From an uncultured Actinomycetes bacterium (GTDB taxonomy: Bacteria; Actinomycetota; Actinomycetes; S36-B12), in contig CAVWJW010000004.1 in NCBI GenBank assembly GCA_963755335.1, forward strand, positions 396,473 through 460,472: DNA of 64,000 nucleotides, read 5' to 3'. The translations under genes and the position numbers were made by a program. Under the pieces are notes generated by a model. It was not told where the DNA came from. It saw only the letters and a list, made by a program, of their open reading frames with translations, and did no database searches. Of this stretch, positions 1-10,935 are shown in pieces (position 1 is the stretch's first letter; each line of letters begins with the position of its first letter).

Positions 1-471
1 CCGCCCGCGGTCGCCGACGCGCTCGCGGCCCCACTGGTTCGCCTCACGATCGGCGACATCACGAAAGTCGGATTGCGGAAGCTCCCATACGGCCCCAACG
101 CACAGATCGCGCACGATCGGCACATCCCGCTGCTCGACATCGGGACCATCGACCACATCAAGTCCGGCCGGATCACCGTGCACGGGGCCATCGCCCGGTT
201 CACCGAGACGGGTGTCGTCTTCGAGGACGGAACCAGTCTTGACGTCGACGCCGTGGTACTCGGCACCGGCTACCGACCCGCGCTCGAGGACTTCCTTCCG
301 GAGTGGCAGGCGGTGTGCGACGAGGACGGGCGTCCTCTCGTGTCAGGCGGCGTCACGTCGCTGCCGAGCCTGTACTTCTGCGGGCAGTTCGTGTCACCGT
401 CAGGGATGCTGCGCGAGGCGGGCATCGAGTCGCGTCGCATCGCGGCATCCATCGCGACGCCGCAAGGATGA
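1..471 (+). CDS. flavin-containing monooxygenase / NAD(P)-FAD oxidoreductase, C-terminal part (5' truncated by window)
   Basis: VVFEDGTSLDVDAVVLGTGY and LYFCG motifs typical of FMO/YUCCA-like C-termini. Confidence 0.8.
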   Translation, partial: PPAVADALAAPLVRLTIGDITKVGLRKLPYGPNAQIAHDRHIPLLDIGTIDHIKSGRITVHGAIARFTETGVVFEDGTSLDVDAVVLGTGYRPALEDFLPEWQAVCDEDGRPLVSGGVTSLPSLYFCGQFVSPSGMLREAGIESRRIAASIATPQG

Positions 472-547
472 CGAGAGGCACCGTCTGTGCAGATTGCTGC
501 GAATTGGGCGGTGCTCGATGTCACGCTCGCCCAGAGGCTGGGTCGGT

Positions 548-720
548 TCAGCGGGCGATGAACTTCATGTAGACGCCGAGCCCGTCAGGGCGACAGCGAC
601 GTTGGCGAAGAATCGCCACACCGTCATGGCCGCCCCGCGGAAGAACAGCAGATCCATTCCGACGATCACGGCGATCATGCACACGACGAGCAGTACCGCC
701 GCAAGCGTGCTCTGCGGCAT
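548..720 (-). CDS. small membrane protein (probable 1-nt frameshift near 575)
   Basis: MPQSTLAAVLLVVCMIAVIVGMDLLFFRG...WRFFANVAV; two hydrophobic segments. Confidence 0.4.
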
Positions 721-840
721 CGGTTTGCGGCGGCCCTGGTCATCGCCCATTCGGCCATGCTGTCACGGTCGGCCCGCTTCGGCGTGCTGAGGCCTCCGAG
801 GGAACTGGGGGTGGGCTGCATCCGCCAATGGCGTTCACCA

Positions 841-897
841 GGATCGAAGCCCGACGTCCGATCCTCGTCGCGCCAGACCGCTTCTCGTCTCGCACAA
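841..897 (+). repeat. highly degenerate copy of tRNA-Phe-derived att-like repeat
   Basis: ggatcgaagcccgacgtccgatcctc...ttctcgtctcgcacaa aligns by eye with gggtcgaaccgccggcccttccgatcttc...ttctcggccctcacaa at 42202-42262. Confidence 0.45.
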
Positions 898-936
898 TCG
901 GGGACTCGAAGCCGTGGTGCTATCTACGATGGGGCC

Positions 937-1269
937 ATGGGAATCGACGATCGTGAAGCGCTTCGCCGACTGGTCGAGGAGGAAGGCGACGAAGAGGCAA
1001 CCGTCCTGCTGGTTGAGCTCGCTGTCGCGGAGGAAGACCAGGACTTGCTGCGGTCACTCGTCGATGCCGGCGTTGACAAGGCAGGAGGTGCCCTTGCCCA
1101 GCTGGCAGCGGACGAGGGCGACATCGCGACACTGAAGTGGCTCATCGATGCGGGTAACGACGAAGCGGCGGTCCTGCTCGGGGAGCTCGCTGAGGCCTCC
1201 GGGGACGAGGAACTTCGTCAGTACTTGATCGACTGCGGATACGACCCTCAGGTGGATCGCAGTTCGTGA
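937..1269 (+). CDS. small acidic alpha-helical repeat protein, hypothetical
   Basis: MGIDDREALRRLVEEEGDEEA...; internal repeats of L..LA...GD...L..L.D.G; decayed paralogues at ~47350 and ~47970. Confidence 0.65.
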   Translation: MGIDDREALRRLVEEEGDEEATVLLVELAVAEEDQDLLRSLVDAGVDKAGGALAQLAADEGDIATLKWLIDAGNDEAAVLLGELAEASGDEELRQYLIDCGYDPQVDRSS

Positions 1270-1403
1270 GTTCACACGGATCGACCCCCGCACAGGCAGG
1301 GGCCGATCCTCTTAGGAAATCTGAAGTCGTTCTCTCATGGGCATCACCTCTGTTCCATGGTGCGCCTACTCGGGACCGCCAATCAACACCCTTCCGGCAC
1401 GGT

Positions 1404-1710
1404 CTACTGGGGACCTTCGTCGAAGGGGCGGCCTTCGGACCGGCGCGAAGTCGTGTGGTCGAGCCTGGAGCACGCAGGCTCCGCTAAGTGGCTGAACCGG
1501 TAGAGCAGGTCCTCGCCCAGGTACGCGAGCAGTTCGAGCAGCGTGACGCCGGGGTCACTCGCGTTGTAGTCGGTCCAGTCGGGGTTGTGGACGGGGATGC
1601 GGCGGAGCAACTCGTCCCGGAGCTCGGCAAAGACGCCGGAGTCCACGAGGATGCGGATGGACTGCGATGCAGCGTCCCAAGCGACGATGCGAACGGCGGC
1701 ACCGAGCGTG
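1404..1710 (-). pseudogene. fragment resembling N-terminus of eCIS/phage baseplate J-like protein
   Basis: LLRRIPVHNPDWTDYNASDPGVTLLELLAYLGEDLLYR matches the WTD.N.SDPG.TLLEL motif of Afp11-type baseplate proteins; the rest of the protein is missing. Confidence 0.7.
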
Positions 1711-1970
1711 CTACGGCGTTCGGGTACCGGAGTGGGGGCGGGCAGGCACGTCCTGACGGTAGCGGGAGCGACCCGTATGCGCTAGGAGCGCAGCCCCTCC
1801 TCACGGTTCAGCGAATGCACTCGCGCGCTGACAGGACTCGCTCGGCACCGCAAAGGTGGCGCATGATGTTCGGCAGCGGCGGGAGACATTCACGAGCGGA
1901 CGTTCGCCCCTAGGCAACCACCATCGCAGCGTGACACAGTTGTGAAGTTCGATCACTAAAGGGCGTCGAC

Positions 1971-2252
1971 ATGCAGTCACAGATGCACATGGACTGGCAC
2001 TCCAGGTTGGCCTGGGGGCTGCTGGCCTGGCCCGTCATGATCGCATTGGCAGTGGTGCTCTCAACTGCGGCGGATCCACGTACCGTGAGCAACCCGGTGG
2101 CGGTCACCCTTCTCAGCGCCGCAGAAGTGCTCGCTGCCACGATCGGAGTCCTGTTCCCTATCTGGTCCTTCGTCGCATGGGCAGAGCAAGACGACCGGCG
2201 CGGCACTCCCCACCCTCCTGAAGACGGCGCACGCGAATCTGGACAGTCTTGA
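1971..2252 (+). CDS. small two-TM hypothetical protein
   Basis: 93-aa ORF with two hydrophobic helices. Confidence 0.45.
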   Translation: MQSQMHMDWHSRLAWGLLAWPVMIALAVVLSTAADPRTVSNPVAVTLLSAAEVLAATIGVLFPIWSFVAWAEQDDRRGTPHPPEDGARESGQS

Positions 2253-2385
2253 GCGCCAGCGGTCGGCGCTGCTCAGGCGACCGCCGTCGGCGAGGCGGGA
2301 GCCAGCGTTCACTCGCCAACAACTAATCGACGCCAAGCGGAACGTGGGTCCTGGGAGGCAACTCTCGGCAGATCGGCAGACGCCG

Positions 2386-2565
2386 TCAGCCGGCATCAAC
2401 CTCAAAGAGGAAGATCGTCGTCCCAACTGATTCGGTGACGGTCTTAACGTCTTGGAAGGCTTCGGCGTGCAGGGTGGCCATCACATCATCAAGGCTGGCG
2501 AAGTCGGCCTCAAGGATCCAGCCGACCTCTCCGGCTTATCCGGTTCCAACTTCGTCGAATCCGTG
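2386..2565 (-). pseudogene. remnant of small EthD/Dabb-like protein
   Basis: Reverse strand reads EVGWILEADFASLDDVMATLHAEAFQDVKTVTESVGTTIFLFEV; homologous remnant at ~62150-62365 (+). Confidence 0.4.
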
Positions 2566-2643
2566 AAAGGGAAGTCGTCGCGTCACCGCGTGCCCGCTGC
2601 GCCGTACGAACACCGCCTGCAAGTCTCCTAGCACCTGTTGCGA

Positions 2644-4080
2644 TCAGCCGCCTAGGTGTGGACGCGCACCGCTCAGTACCTCCGCAGCCCCCGCCACAAT
2701 GCCATCGACGTATGGGTCACGCTCCAAGTCGACCGCGGCATCAATGTTCTGGGGAATAGCGCCGTCGTCCTTCAAGGCCGCCAACAACGTGTGGCTGGAG
2801 CCTAGGGCGAGAGCGGTCCAGTCGCTGGACTCCAGCGCCGCAACGTCGGTCAATTCGGGCAGGGTCGCTTGCTCCTGAGCCCAGGCTCGCCCGAGGTCGA
2901 CACCTTGGGCATACCGAGCAGGGGCCACCGATACATCCGCATCCTGGGTTGTGGTGGAGAGCAGTCGGCGGGCGACAAGTTCCGGAATGCCGGGGAGGGC
3001 TGCACCGGCGAGCACGTTCTCAACGGATGATCCCGCCGCGGTCGGAACTTGCAATCGGGCTGTTGCAAGGAGATCGACGGCATTGGCGACCAGCCGGGAG
3101 AGCTCCAACGTCGCGGCGACAGTCGTTGGCGCCGAGGTCCCCGCTGTGCTGGACGAACTGGCGGCCGGTTCACCGGTGGCGCCCTTCCCCGCGTTGAACG
3201 TCAAGCGTTCGCAGTAGAACTCGACCGCCACCCGTGCTATCGCCTGCGCGCCACGCTCCTGACGGTCGTCGGTGACACGGACGATCCCGAGATTCTCCAG
3301 TCCAATCGTGAAGAGCACCTCCTTGAAGTCGGGGGCCAGCACCTCCAACGTCCCCGAGCGCTCCATCGACTGCTGATTGTTCCCGTTGACGACGAAGTCC
3401 TGGAGGTAGTCGCGGTATCCCTGCGCGTCCTGGGCACTGACCGCACACTCGAGGTTCGTCACGGAGTACTCGACGCCGGCCGCAGGGAAGCGTTCCACTC
3501 CCACCGCATCCGCGCTGGGCACGGCAGATGTCACGGGCAGATGCACGGATGCGACGCGCATAGTTGGCAGGTTCGACAAGGTGAGCCGGAAGTTGCTACT
3601 CAATGCCCGCTTCTGCCGGCCGATGAGCTTCGACGTCGTGCCACCGGAGGTGGTCCGCCGTGTGGTGCGCTCCGGTTGGAGGGTGACGGAGATCAGCATC
3701 GGGTCACGGGACGAGCCGTCGAAAGTGGAGAAGGCGACCTTGGTGATCTGTGCATTCTGGAAGTCGAGTCGTCCCTGCTCCCGGAAGTTGTAGTCGACGA
3801 AGATCACGCTGCCGGACTTCGAGTCGGATTTCCCATCCAGCCACGAGGCCAGCCACGAGTACAGGGCCGCGTCCATACCGGCCCCGAACGACACCTCCAG
3901 CGGTGCGAACTCGCACTCGGCAATGTGCTTGCCAGGGGCGGCACCGGCCGCGGCACGCTCGACTGCGACCACGCCGTACGGCTCGCCGCCGTCACACGAG
4001 TGCAGTACTCCTACCGGGCTGCCTTCGATCTCAAGCACGAACAAGGCAGTCGTGTACTGAGTGGAACGGATGTCGGCCAT
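2644..4080 (-). CDS. tandem phage tail-tube (T4 gp19-like) domain protein with C-terminal extension
   Basis: RBS aggagg before MADIRS; F.LEIEG...LYSW...KSGSVIFVDYN...RLDFQNAQITK and a second NFRLTL...ERSGTLEVLAPD domain; S/T linker then ~120-aa tail. Confidence 0.7.
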   Translation of the reverse strand: MADIRSTQYTTALFVLEIEGSPVGVLHSCDGGEPYGVVAVERAAAGAAPGKHIAECEFAPLEVSFGAGMDAALYSWLASWLDGKSDSKSGSVIFVDYNFREQGRLDFQNAQITKVAFSTFDGSSRDPMLISVTLQPERTTRRTTSGGTTSKLIGRQKRALSSNFRLTLSNLPTMRVASVHLPVTSAVPSADAVGVERFPAAGVEYSVTNLECAVSAQDAQGYRDYLQDFVVNGNNQQSMERSGTLEVLAPDFKEVLFTIGLENLGIVRVTDDRQERGAQAIARVAVEFYCERLTFNAGKGATGEPAASSSSTAGTSAPTTVAATLELSRLVANAVDLLATARLQVPTAAGSSVENVLAGAALPGIPELVARRLLSTTTQDADVSVAPARYAQGVDLGRAWAQEQATLPELTDVAALESSDWTALALGSSHTLLAALKDDGAIPQNIDAAVDLERDPYVDGIVAGAAEVLSGARPHLGG

Positions 4081-4287
4081 GTCGCCTCCTTGCTTGCCAT
4101 GACCGAGTCGATTCCCGGCATCAGGCTCGCTGTTGGCGGTTGACGGTACTCGCGGAGGGCCACAGGTGGATAGCCCCAACAGGTCGCCGAACCCCAACGC
4201 CGTGGGCGACCACGACACTGCCAGGACGGGCAGCAGCTGATGCGTTGGGCCGCCGACGGGCACCCGGGTTCGTCACGCGACGAAGGA

Positions 4288-6351
4288 TCATGCAGACCGC
4301 GTAGGTCGCGGAACTGCGACGACGCGGTTGCGGCCCGTCTCCTTCGCCTGGTACATGGCACGGTCGGCGCGGGCGATCATCGTGTCGACCGGTTCTCCCG
4401 GCGCGCTGAGGGTCACCCCCAGGCTGAGCGTCGAAGGGTGGCCCCCGGGGACGGCGACGTCGGCCACGGTTGCTGCTGCTCGGATCTTCTCGGCGATCGC
4501 GGCGGCTTCGGCCAAGTCATGGACGCCGTCAAGGACGACGAGGAATTCGTCGCCTCCCATACGTGCGACCGTGTCACCGATGCGGACGGCGGATCGGATG
4601 CGCGCAGCGACGGTGCGCATCAGTTGATCGCCTGCGGCGTGCCCTCGGGTGTCGTTGACGGTCTTGAAGTCGTCGATGTCGCAGAACACCAGGGCGCACT
4701 CCTCGCCTGGCCTGCGTACCCGGCGTCCGAGGTTCGCCAGGCGGGTGATGACTTCTTCGCGCCGGAGCAGCCCGGTGAGGTCGTCATACGTCGCGCGCCG
4801 CGCCAGCTCCTGCTCGGCCTCGACAGCGTCGTCGACGACCCGCAAGGTGGACACGACGCCGTCGATCTGGTCATCGGCGTCGCGGTAGGGCTCGGCATGC
4901 GACTCCACCCAGTGGTAGCTGCCGTCCCGCGCCGTCACCCTGAACCGCAGCACGGTGCCGAGGCCGTCGTAGACGCTCGCCACATCACGTCGAACGGAGT
5001 CGACGTCGTCGGGGTGGATGAGGGTGAAGAAGTCCCGTCCCATCCACTCGGTCGGCGACCAGTCCAACGCTCGCTCGAGGGAGGGGGAGATCCACAGCAC
5101 CAGGCCGTGGCGGCTGCGCATGATCACGTCGGACGAATTCTCGGCCAGCAGCCGGTACTGCTCCTCGGATTCGGCGAGCCGGGCTGCCTCGCGGTACCGG
5201 CCGGTGACGTCGCGCCAGGTGAAGCTGAGCGCGTCGCCAACACGCACGGCACTGATGTCGTAGCGCCGTTCGCCGGCCAGGATCTCGTGCGGGTAGGCGA
5301 AATTATCGAGTCTGAGGGGAGTCCCGGATTCCACGGTTGCTGCGTACATCCCCAGCATCCCCGACCCGGCCTGCCCCGGGAGAAGGTCCAACAAGCGCGC
5401 GCCGACAAGCTCACGGCGGTCCAGTTGCATGTACGCGCAGGCGGCCTCGTTGGCCTCGGCATAGATGAAGTCGACGATGCTGCCGTCTTCGGCGCGCACC
5501 GCCTGAAGGAGCGCGTGGGGGTCCAGCAAGGAGTCCATCGTCGCCTGCAGCCGGGCCTGGCTGGCTGCCACCGCCGCGCGATCGTGGAACTGCTGGTCGA
5601 CGTCCCGCAGGCCGACGACCACCCGCCCCGGCTCGATCGCGTGACCCAACGCGGACATCCACACGAACGTGCCGTCCAGGCGCTTGACCCGTACCTCGAT
5701 GGCGGGCAGGACAACGCCGTCGACGGTCGATTCGGCCAGCGCGGTCATGGCCGGCACCTGGTCGTCGGGGTGGATCAGTTCCCACGGCTGGGTACCCAGC
5801 AGATCCGCGGGGTTCCAGCCGAGCGACCTCTCCACCGAGGGGGACACCCATTCCAGGGTTCCATCGCTTTGCACCAGAAGAACGACGTCGGAGGCGTTCT
5901 CGGCCATCAGGCGGTAGTTGTCGTGCGCCTGTCGCTGTTCCGTGACGTCGCGCGCGACCCCGCAGAGGACGACCGAACCGTCGTCGCGGCGATCCTTGCG
6001 CGAGCGATGCTGCGTCCAGATCGTGCGTCCGTCCGCGGTCACGTACCGCACCGTGAAATCGACGACTTCTCCGATCGCCGCATCGCGAACCCGCGCCGCG
6101 ATCGCCCGGTCCCGCGGATCGAGCATCGACCCCATCAGTCCGGTGTCGGCCGCGAACTCCTCCGCCGTACGACCGACAAATGCATGAATCGACGGGGACA
6201 GGAACTCCACCGCGTCGTCCGGCTCCAGCCGCAACACATAGACCACGTCGGACAACTCACCCACGAGACTTGCCACGCGCAAGGCGTCCTCGGGCAGCTG
6301 GTGCCACGCTGATTGCGATCCGCCCCGCATGAAGGCCCTCCCTGAAGCCAC
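4288..6351 (-). CDS. multi-PAS diguanylate cyclase
   Basis: Several PAS/PAC repeats (IHPDD), DIDDFK.VND..GH, intact GGDEF preceded by RxxD (RIGD) I-site. Confidence 0.93.
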   Translation of the reverse strand: MASGRAFMRGGSQSAWHQLPEDALRVASLVGELSDVVYVLRLEPDDAVEFLSPSIHAFVGRTAEEFAADTGLMGSMLDPRDRAIAARVRDAAIGEVVDFTVRYVTADGRTIWTQHRSRKDRRDDGSVVLCGVARDVTEQRQAHDNYRLMAENASDVVLLVQSDGTLEWVSPSVERSLGWNPADLLGTQPWELIHPDDQVPAMTALAESTVDGVVLPAIEVRVKRLDGTFVWMSALGHAIEPGRVVVGLRDVDQQFHDRAAVAASQARLQATMDSLLDPHALLQAVRAEDGSIVDFIYAEANEAACAYMQLDRRELVGARLLDLLPGQAGSGMLGMYAATVESGTPLRLDNFAYPHEILAGERRYDISAVRVGDALSFTWRDVTGRYREAARLAESEEQYRLLAENSSDVIMRSRHGLVLWISPSLERALDWSPTEWMGRDFFTLIHPDDVDSVRRDVASVYDGLGTVLRFRVTARDGSYHWVESHAEPYRDADDQIDGVVSTLRVVDDAVEAEQELARRATYDDLTGLLRREEVITRLANLGRRVRRPGEECALVFCDIDDFKTVNDTRGHAAGDQLMRTVAARIRSAVRIGDTVARMGGDEFLVVLDGVHDLAEAAAIAEKIRAAATVADVAVPGGHPSTLSLGVTLSAPGEPVDTMIARADRAMYQAKETGRNRVVAVPRPTRSA

Positions 6352-6511
6352 CAGAGTAGCGTCGCTCGCTCAGCCAGCTGCGGGTTCGGCCACTGGGACG
6401 GCGACCACGCTCACCGGGGTTCGATGGGTGACGGGTCCGTCACGGCACCATTCGGACCCGGTCCACGCCGTACCGTTATCGGCGACAAGGAACACTCTGC
6501 GAGGGGCCGTC

Positions 6512-6835
6512 ATGATCGCGATCGTGAAGGACGGGGTCACGCATTGCCCTGCCTGCTCGGGCGCGCGATTCCTCGGGTCCGTCGACATGTACTACCGGCA
6601 GCCGATGCCGCGCCTGCGCATGATCGCCAACTCGGCCATGAGCATCACCTTGAGCATCGCGCTCAACCCACCCACCCGGACATCGCTGGTCTCCCGCACC
6701 CCCGACGGCAGAGTGCATACTCAGTCGACGACCACGTCCGCCTACCTCGGGCCTCCCGAAAGCGTGGAACTGATCTGCCAGTCCTGCTCCCTTTCACTAC
6801 TACGCCCATCGGCCGTTCACCTCGACCTGAAGTAG
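6512..6835 (+). CDS. hypothetical Zn-ribbon-like protein
   Basis: CPAC near N-terminus and CQSC near C-terminus. Confidence 0.45.
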   Translation: MIAIVKDGVTHCPACSGARFLGSVDMYYRQPMPRLRMIANSAMSITLSIALNPPTRTSLVSRTPDGRVHTQSTTTSAYLGPPESVELICQSCSLSLLRPSAVHLDLK

Positions 6836-6946
6836 GCACAAGAATCTGCCTCAGCGCAGTCAGGTCGTGTGGGCGGCACCCAGACCGTGCCCGCTACCCA
6901 AACGTTCATGATGAGCATGCCCTGAGCCGCTGGGCGCGGAACACCG

Positions 6947-7332
6947 TCAGTCGAAGCCGGTGATGGAATCGTCGTTGAGCAGGCAAGACTCGTTGCCCTC
7001 CGGGTCCTGCATCACTGCCCACGAGTCCGGATTCGCCAACTCCGGCGGGTCCCGACGCATCTCGACCAGGGTGCCGCCGAGGGCGAGAAGTCGTGCCACT
7101 TCATCCTCGACGGAGTCGAGTGTCGTGATATCGATGTGCAGCCGGTTCTTGCCGGTCTTCGGTTCTGGCACGTTCATGAAATACAGCGGCGTTCCGACGC
7201 GAGACGGATCGGTGACCGCGAACTCGCCGGTGTTTCGCTCCGTCACGTGGTAGCCCGGGACCGTCGCCCACCAACGGCCTGAGACATGGCGTCGCGACAG
7301 TCCACGATGATGCTGTGCAGCCTCGTGGCCAT
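6947..7332 (-). pseudogene. VOC/glyoxalase family protein, frameshifted near 7270
   Basis: VPEPKTGKNRLHIDI...EVARLLALGG...VMQDPEGNE; N-terminus RLHSIIVDCRD lies in another frame. Confidence 0.8.
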
Positions 7333-8044
7333 GAGCCCTCCCGAGGATCGCAGTGTCTGATAGACGCCGGCGAACCTAAACGCTGAGCAGCCTGGGCGAC
7401 ATCTTCACGAATCACGTTTCGGGCGATTGCGGGATCGAAGTCCGGTGGGCGATCCCGGCCTCGGCCCCCGCCAGCGGATGGCGTCCTCTCGGTCCCTGGG
7501 TGCTCTCTCGCTCGCGCAGAAGCACGGGGTGAGGAGAGATGGGCTGGGATTGGCGCACAGCACATCGGTGCACGCTGCTGGGTGAGCCGGTCCGGGCCCT
7601 TTGCTTTGCCCAAACTTGGCCGATCCACTCCGTCGTCAGCGGCGACTCCCCGATAGCGTCGAGCGTGCGAAGGCGGCTGTGCGCGGCCCCGTCCGTTTAC
7701 TCCGAGCCGCCTTCGTCCAGCCCACATCATCGTCAGACGCCTCGCCATTGCTTCGCCGAAGGGGTCCGTCGTCTGGTGCTCGTCGGGCCCGTCCTTGAGC
7801 GCCCGCCCGCCGCGCCCTGGATCGGAGAGTTGCCTTCCCCGAGCGGGTCGACCCCGGGCCGGCGACGATGCTCGATCGGCAGTGGGTCGACAGTCACCCA
7901 TCGGCACTGACCAGGATTCCATTGATCGAACGACCGGGCAGAGACCCACCGCCGTTCGTTCCGCTTCATCAAGGGGTTTCGCGCGCTACAGGCCTCCAGT
8001 AGCCTCGGCGCAAACGTGAGACGCACTCACCGTGTGAGGACGCT

Positions 8045-9635
8045 ATGGCTGACCTGCCGAGCATTCCCCGAGAGTCGTTCGGCGCGCCGCCAAGACGCGA
8101 GCGGGGTCTGCCCGGCACGAGCAGGACGGTGCCGACAGCACCCGATCTCGTGGCTGACTCCGTCGTGACGCGCCCGCTCGCCCAGCTCATGGCCGAGTCC
8201 GCACCTCGATCCACGATCGGGGTCGTCATCGAATTGCGTTCGAGCCACCCGGAGGGCGTGGCCGGCGCAGCGGCCGATGTGCTTGGTTGGCTGTCGGAGA
8301 TCGCGCCGAGGGCACTCGTCCGACGAGGGCAGTCCTCCGTGTCCAACTACGTGTCGGCTGGTCTCACCGCGAGCCAGATCCGCCAGCTCGTGCAGGCGGA
8401 CGGCAAGGCCGACGTGCGAGCCAAGGATCTCGGTCTGGGCGCCCCACATGATCCCGCCAACGCGCCGACGGCAGCGGGATCGCGTCCCGCGCCTCGGTAC
8501 GCCATCGATCGCATGTGGCCGAACTTCGAGATCCACAATCTCATCCATCGGAGTGTCGTCACCACGAAGTCCGACGCGTCGCAGCGCGCCTTCGAGGCGA
8601 CCGGCGAGGGAATCGTCTGGGCCGTGCTCGACTCGGGAATCCAGGCGGACCACCCGCATTTCGCCACTCATCGCAACACCGACCTGCCGGGCCAGCTGAA
8701 GCATATGGACTTCACTGATGGCTCCAGCGATCCTCTGGTCGACGAAGCCGGTCATGGAACACATGTGGCCGGCATCCTGGCCGGCGAGCAAGTGGCAGCG
8801 CCGGGGACGAAGCTGGTGGCGGCGACGTGGTACCAGGAGGAGGGCTCGGGACTGTCCGGGGCGCGGGTGGAGCTGGATCATGTCCGGGGCATGGCCCCTC
8901 GCACCACGTTGCTGTCCTGCAAGGTCCTGCGTGGCGACGGATCCGGAGACGTCACGGCGCTGCTCGATGCACTCGAGTACATCTCGGACCTGAACAAGGG
9001 TGGCCGTGAGCTCAACGTGCACGGTGTCAACTTGTCGGTGGGCTACCCGTTCGACCCGTCATGGTTCGGGACGGGTCTCACCCCGGTCTGCCGAGAGGTC
9101 GATCGATTGGTGCGCACCGGCGTGCTCGTCGTCGTGGCGGCTGGCAACAGCGGTTACGGCATCGCCCTGGATGCTGTCCAGGGCGGGAACCCGCAGATGC
9201 ACCTCGGCTTTGCGATGACGATCAACGATCCGGGCAACGCCGAGCGAGCCTTGACAGTCGGTTCCACGTCGGTGCAGCCCGCATCTTTCGGGCGTTTCCT
9301 ACTTCTCCTCCAAGGGACCGACGGGAGACGGCCGAATGAAGCCGGACCTCGTGGCGCCGGGCGAGCGGATCGTGAGCGCCGGTGCGGGGGAGCTGCTTCA
9401 AAGGGCGTTGCAGCGCGACAAGGACGCGACGTACGTGGAAGACAGTGGGACGTCGATGGCCGCCCCGCACGTGTCGGGCGTCGCCGCCGGCCTGCTGTCC
9501 GTCAATCGGGAGTTCATCGGCCGCCCTGAGGAAGTGAAGCGGATCCTCATGGATACCGCCACCGACCTGGGTCGGGTTCCGACGTTCCAAGGCAAGGGTC
9601 TAGTCGATTCCATGCGCGCCATCCAATCCGTCTGA
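8045..9635 (+). CDS. S8 (subtilisin-family) serine peptidase, frameshift near 9280-9300
   Basis: Catalytic triad motifs [14 protein letters not shown] and [12 protein letters not shown], plus oxyanion motif AAGN; last motif lies in ORF 9336-9635; no signal peptide. Confidence 0.9.
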
Positions 9636-9645
9636 AGGAGCTGCG

Positions 9646-10935
9646 ATGAAGCACCCCTACGCCGAAGTCCAGATGCGGACCGACGGCACGGTCAACGACC
9701 CCAATGAGCTGGCCAAGGCGGTCGCGATGGTCAAGACGTCCGGCGCGACCGACGTCGTCCTGCTCACCCACGGCTGGAACAACGACATGGGTGCCGCGAG
9801 GGGCCTGTACGCAGCGCTGGACTCAAGCCTCAAGTCCGTCGAACCAGCCACGATGGGCACCGCCGGACGCAAGCTCGCGATCGTCGGCATCCTCTGGCCA
9901 TCGATCAAGTGGGCCGACGACGCCAACGTCGCCGGTGGCGGCGCGGGAATCGACGATGCTGCCAGCGATCTGGCGGCTGAGATCGCCGCGCGAATCGAGG
10001 ACCCCGCCGTGCGCGATCAACTCGTAGCCCTGATTCCGCAACTCGAGTCGTCAGCCGCTGCACGATCCTCGTACCTCGAACTGCTGCGAGGCTTGCTGCC
10101 CGGGCCCCTGCCGGTCGACGAGGATCCCCCGCCGTCGACCCTGCGCGAGGGTGACCCCGAGACGGTCTTTACCGAAGCGCAGGGTTCCGGCAACCTCGGC
10201 GGGCTGGAAGGGGCGGCCTCTGGCGGCGGCGCGACGGGAATCGGGGAGCCCGGCAACGTCGATGGAGTCCTCAGTGCAGGCGGCGGCGCCCAAGGCCTCA
10301 GCCTCGGTGGCGTGTTGACCGCTGCGCAGGAGCTGCTCAACACGACGACCTATTACACGATGAAGGAGCGCGCGGGCGCCGTCGGAAAGGTCGGCATCAA
10401 CCAGACCCTTCAAGCCATTCACGGCGCCGTACCGAAAGCGCGGCTGAATCTCGTGGGGCACTCATTCGGGGCCCGAGCTGTGACGGCCGCCGCCTTCGCC
10501 ACGCCCGTCCCGCTCCAGTCGGTGAGCCTCCTGCAGGGTGCGTTCAGCCACTATGGCATCGCCACCGACTACGACGGGCAAGGTCACAACGGCGCATTCC
10601 AAGGCGTCCCCGGCAAGCTCTCCGGTCCGATGATCATCACCCACACGCGCAACGACAAGGCGGTCGGCATCGCGTATGCACTCGCTTCTCGACTCGCACA
10701 CCAGACAGCCGCAGGCCTGGGCGATGAGAGCGACCCCTACGGCGGAATGGGCAGCAACGGGGCGCAGAAGACGCCCGAAACGCAGGCCGACACCGACCTC
10801 GTCGACGTGGGCGGCACCTATCACTTCGCCGCCAAGAAGGTCGCGAACCTGCACGCCGATCAGTTTGTCAAGGGTCACAGCGACATCACGAACCCTCAGG
10901 TCGCGCACGCCGTGTACACCGCACTCACCTCCTAG
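9646..10935 (+). CDS. alpha/beta hydrolase-fold (lipase-like) protein
   Basis: HGWNN oxyanion motif, GHSFG nucleophile elbow, ND.A and C-terminal GHSDI; RBS aaggag; 10 nt after protease. Confidence 0.8.
   Translation: MKHPYAEVQMRTDGTVNDPNELAKAVAMVKTSGATDVVLLTHGWNNDMGAARGLYAALDSSLKSVEPATMGTAGRKLAIVGILWPSIKWADDANVAGGGAGIDDAASDLAAEIAARIEDPAVRDQLVALIPQLESSAAARSSYLELLRGLLPGPLPVDEDPPPSTLREGDPETVFTEAQGSGNLGGLEGAASGGGATGIGEPGNVDGVLSAGGGAQGLSLGGVLTAAQELLNTTTYYTMKERAGAVGKVGINQTLQAIHGAVPKARLNLVGHSFGARAVTAAAFATPVPLQSVSLLQGAFSHYGIATDYDGQGHNGAFQGVPGKLSGPMIITHTRNDKAVGIAYALASRLAHQTAAGLGDESDPYGGMGSNGAQKTPETQADTDLVDVGGTYHFAAKKVANLHADQFVKGHSDITNPQVAHAVYTALTS

Noticed and set aside
2280-2325. Possible right-arm remnant (gggagccagcg, caacaacta)
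   Set aside because: Motifs are short and in the wrong order.
1404-4080. Intact eCIS or prophage
   Set aside because: Only a baseplate fragment and a tube-like gene; no sheath, spike, capsid or terminase.
4240-6312. 690-aa plus-strand ORF, and similar long antisense ORFs such as 3049-4143
   Set aside because: Antisense shadows of real high-GC genes with no recognisable motifs.
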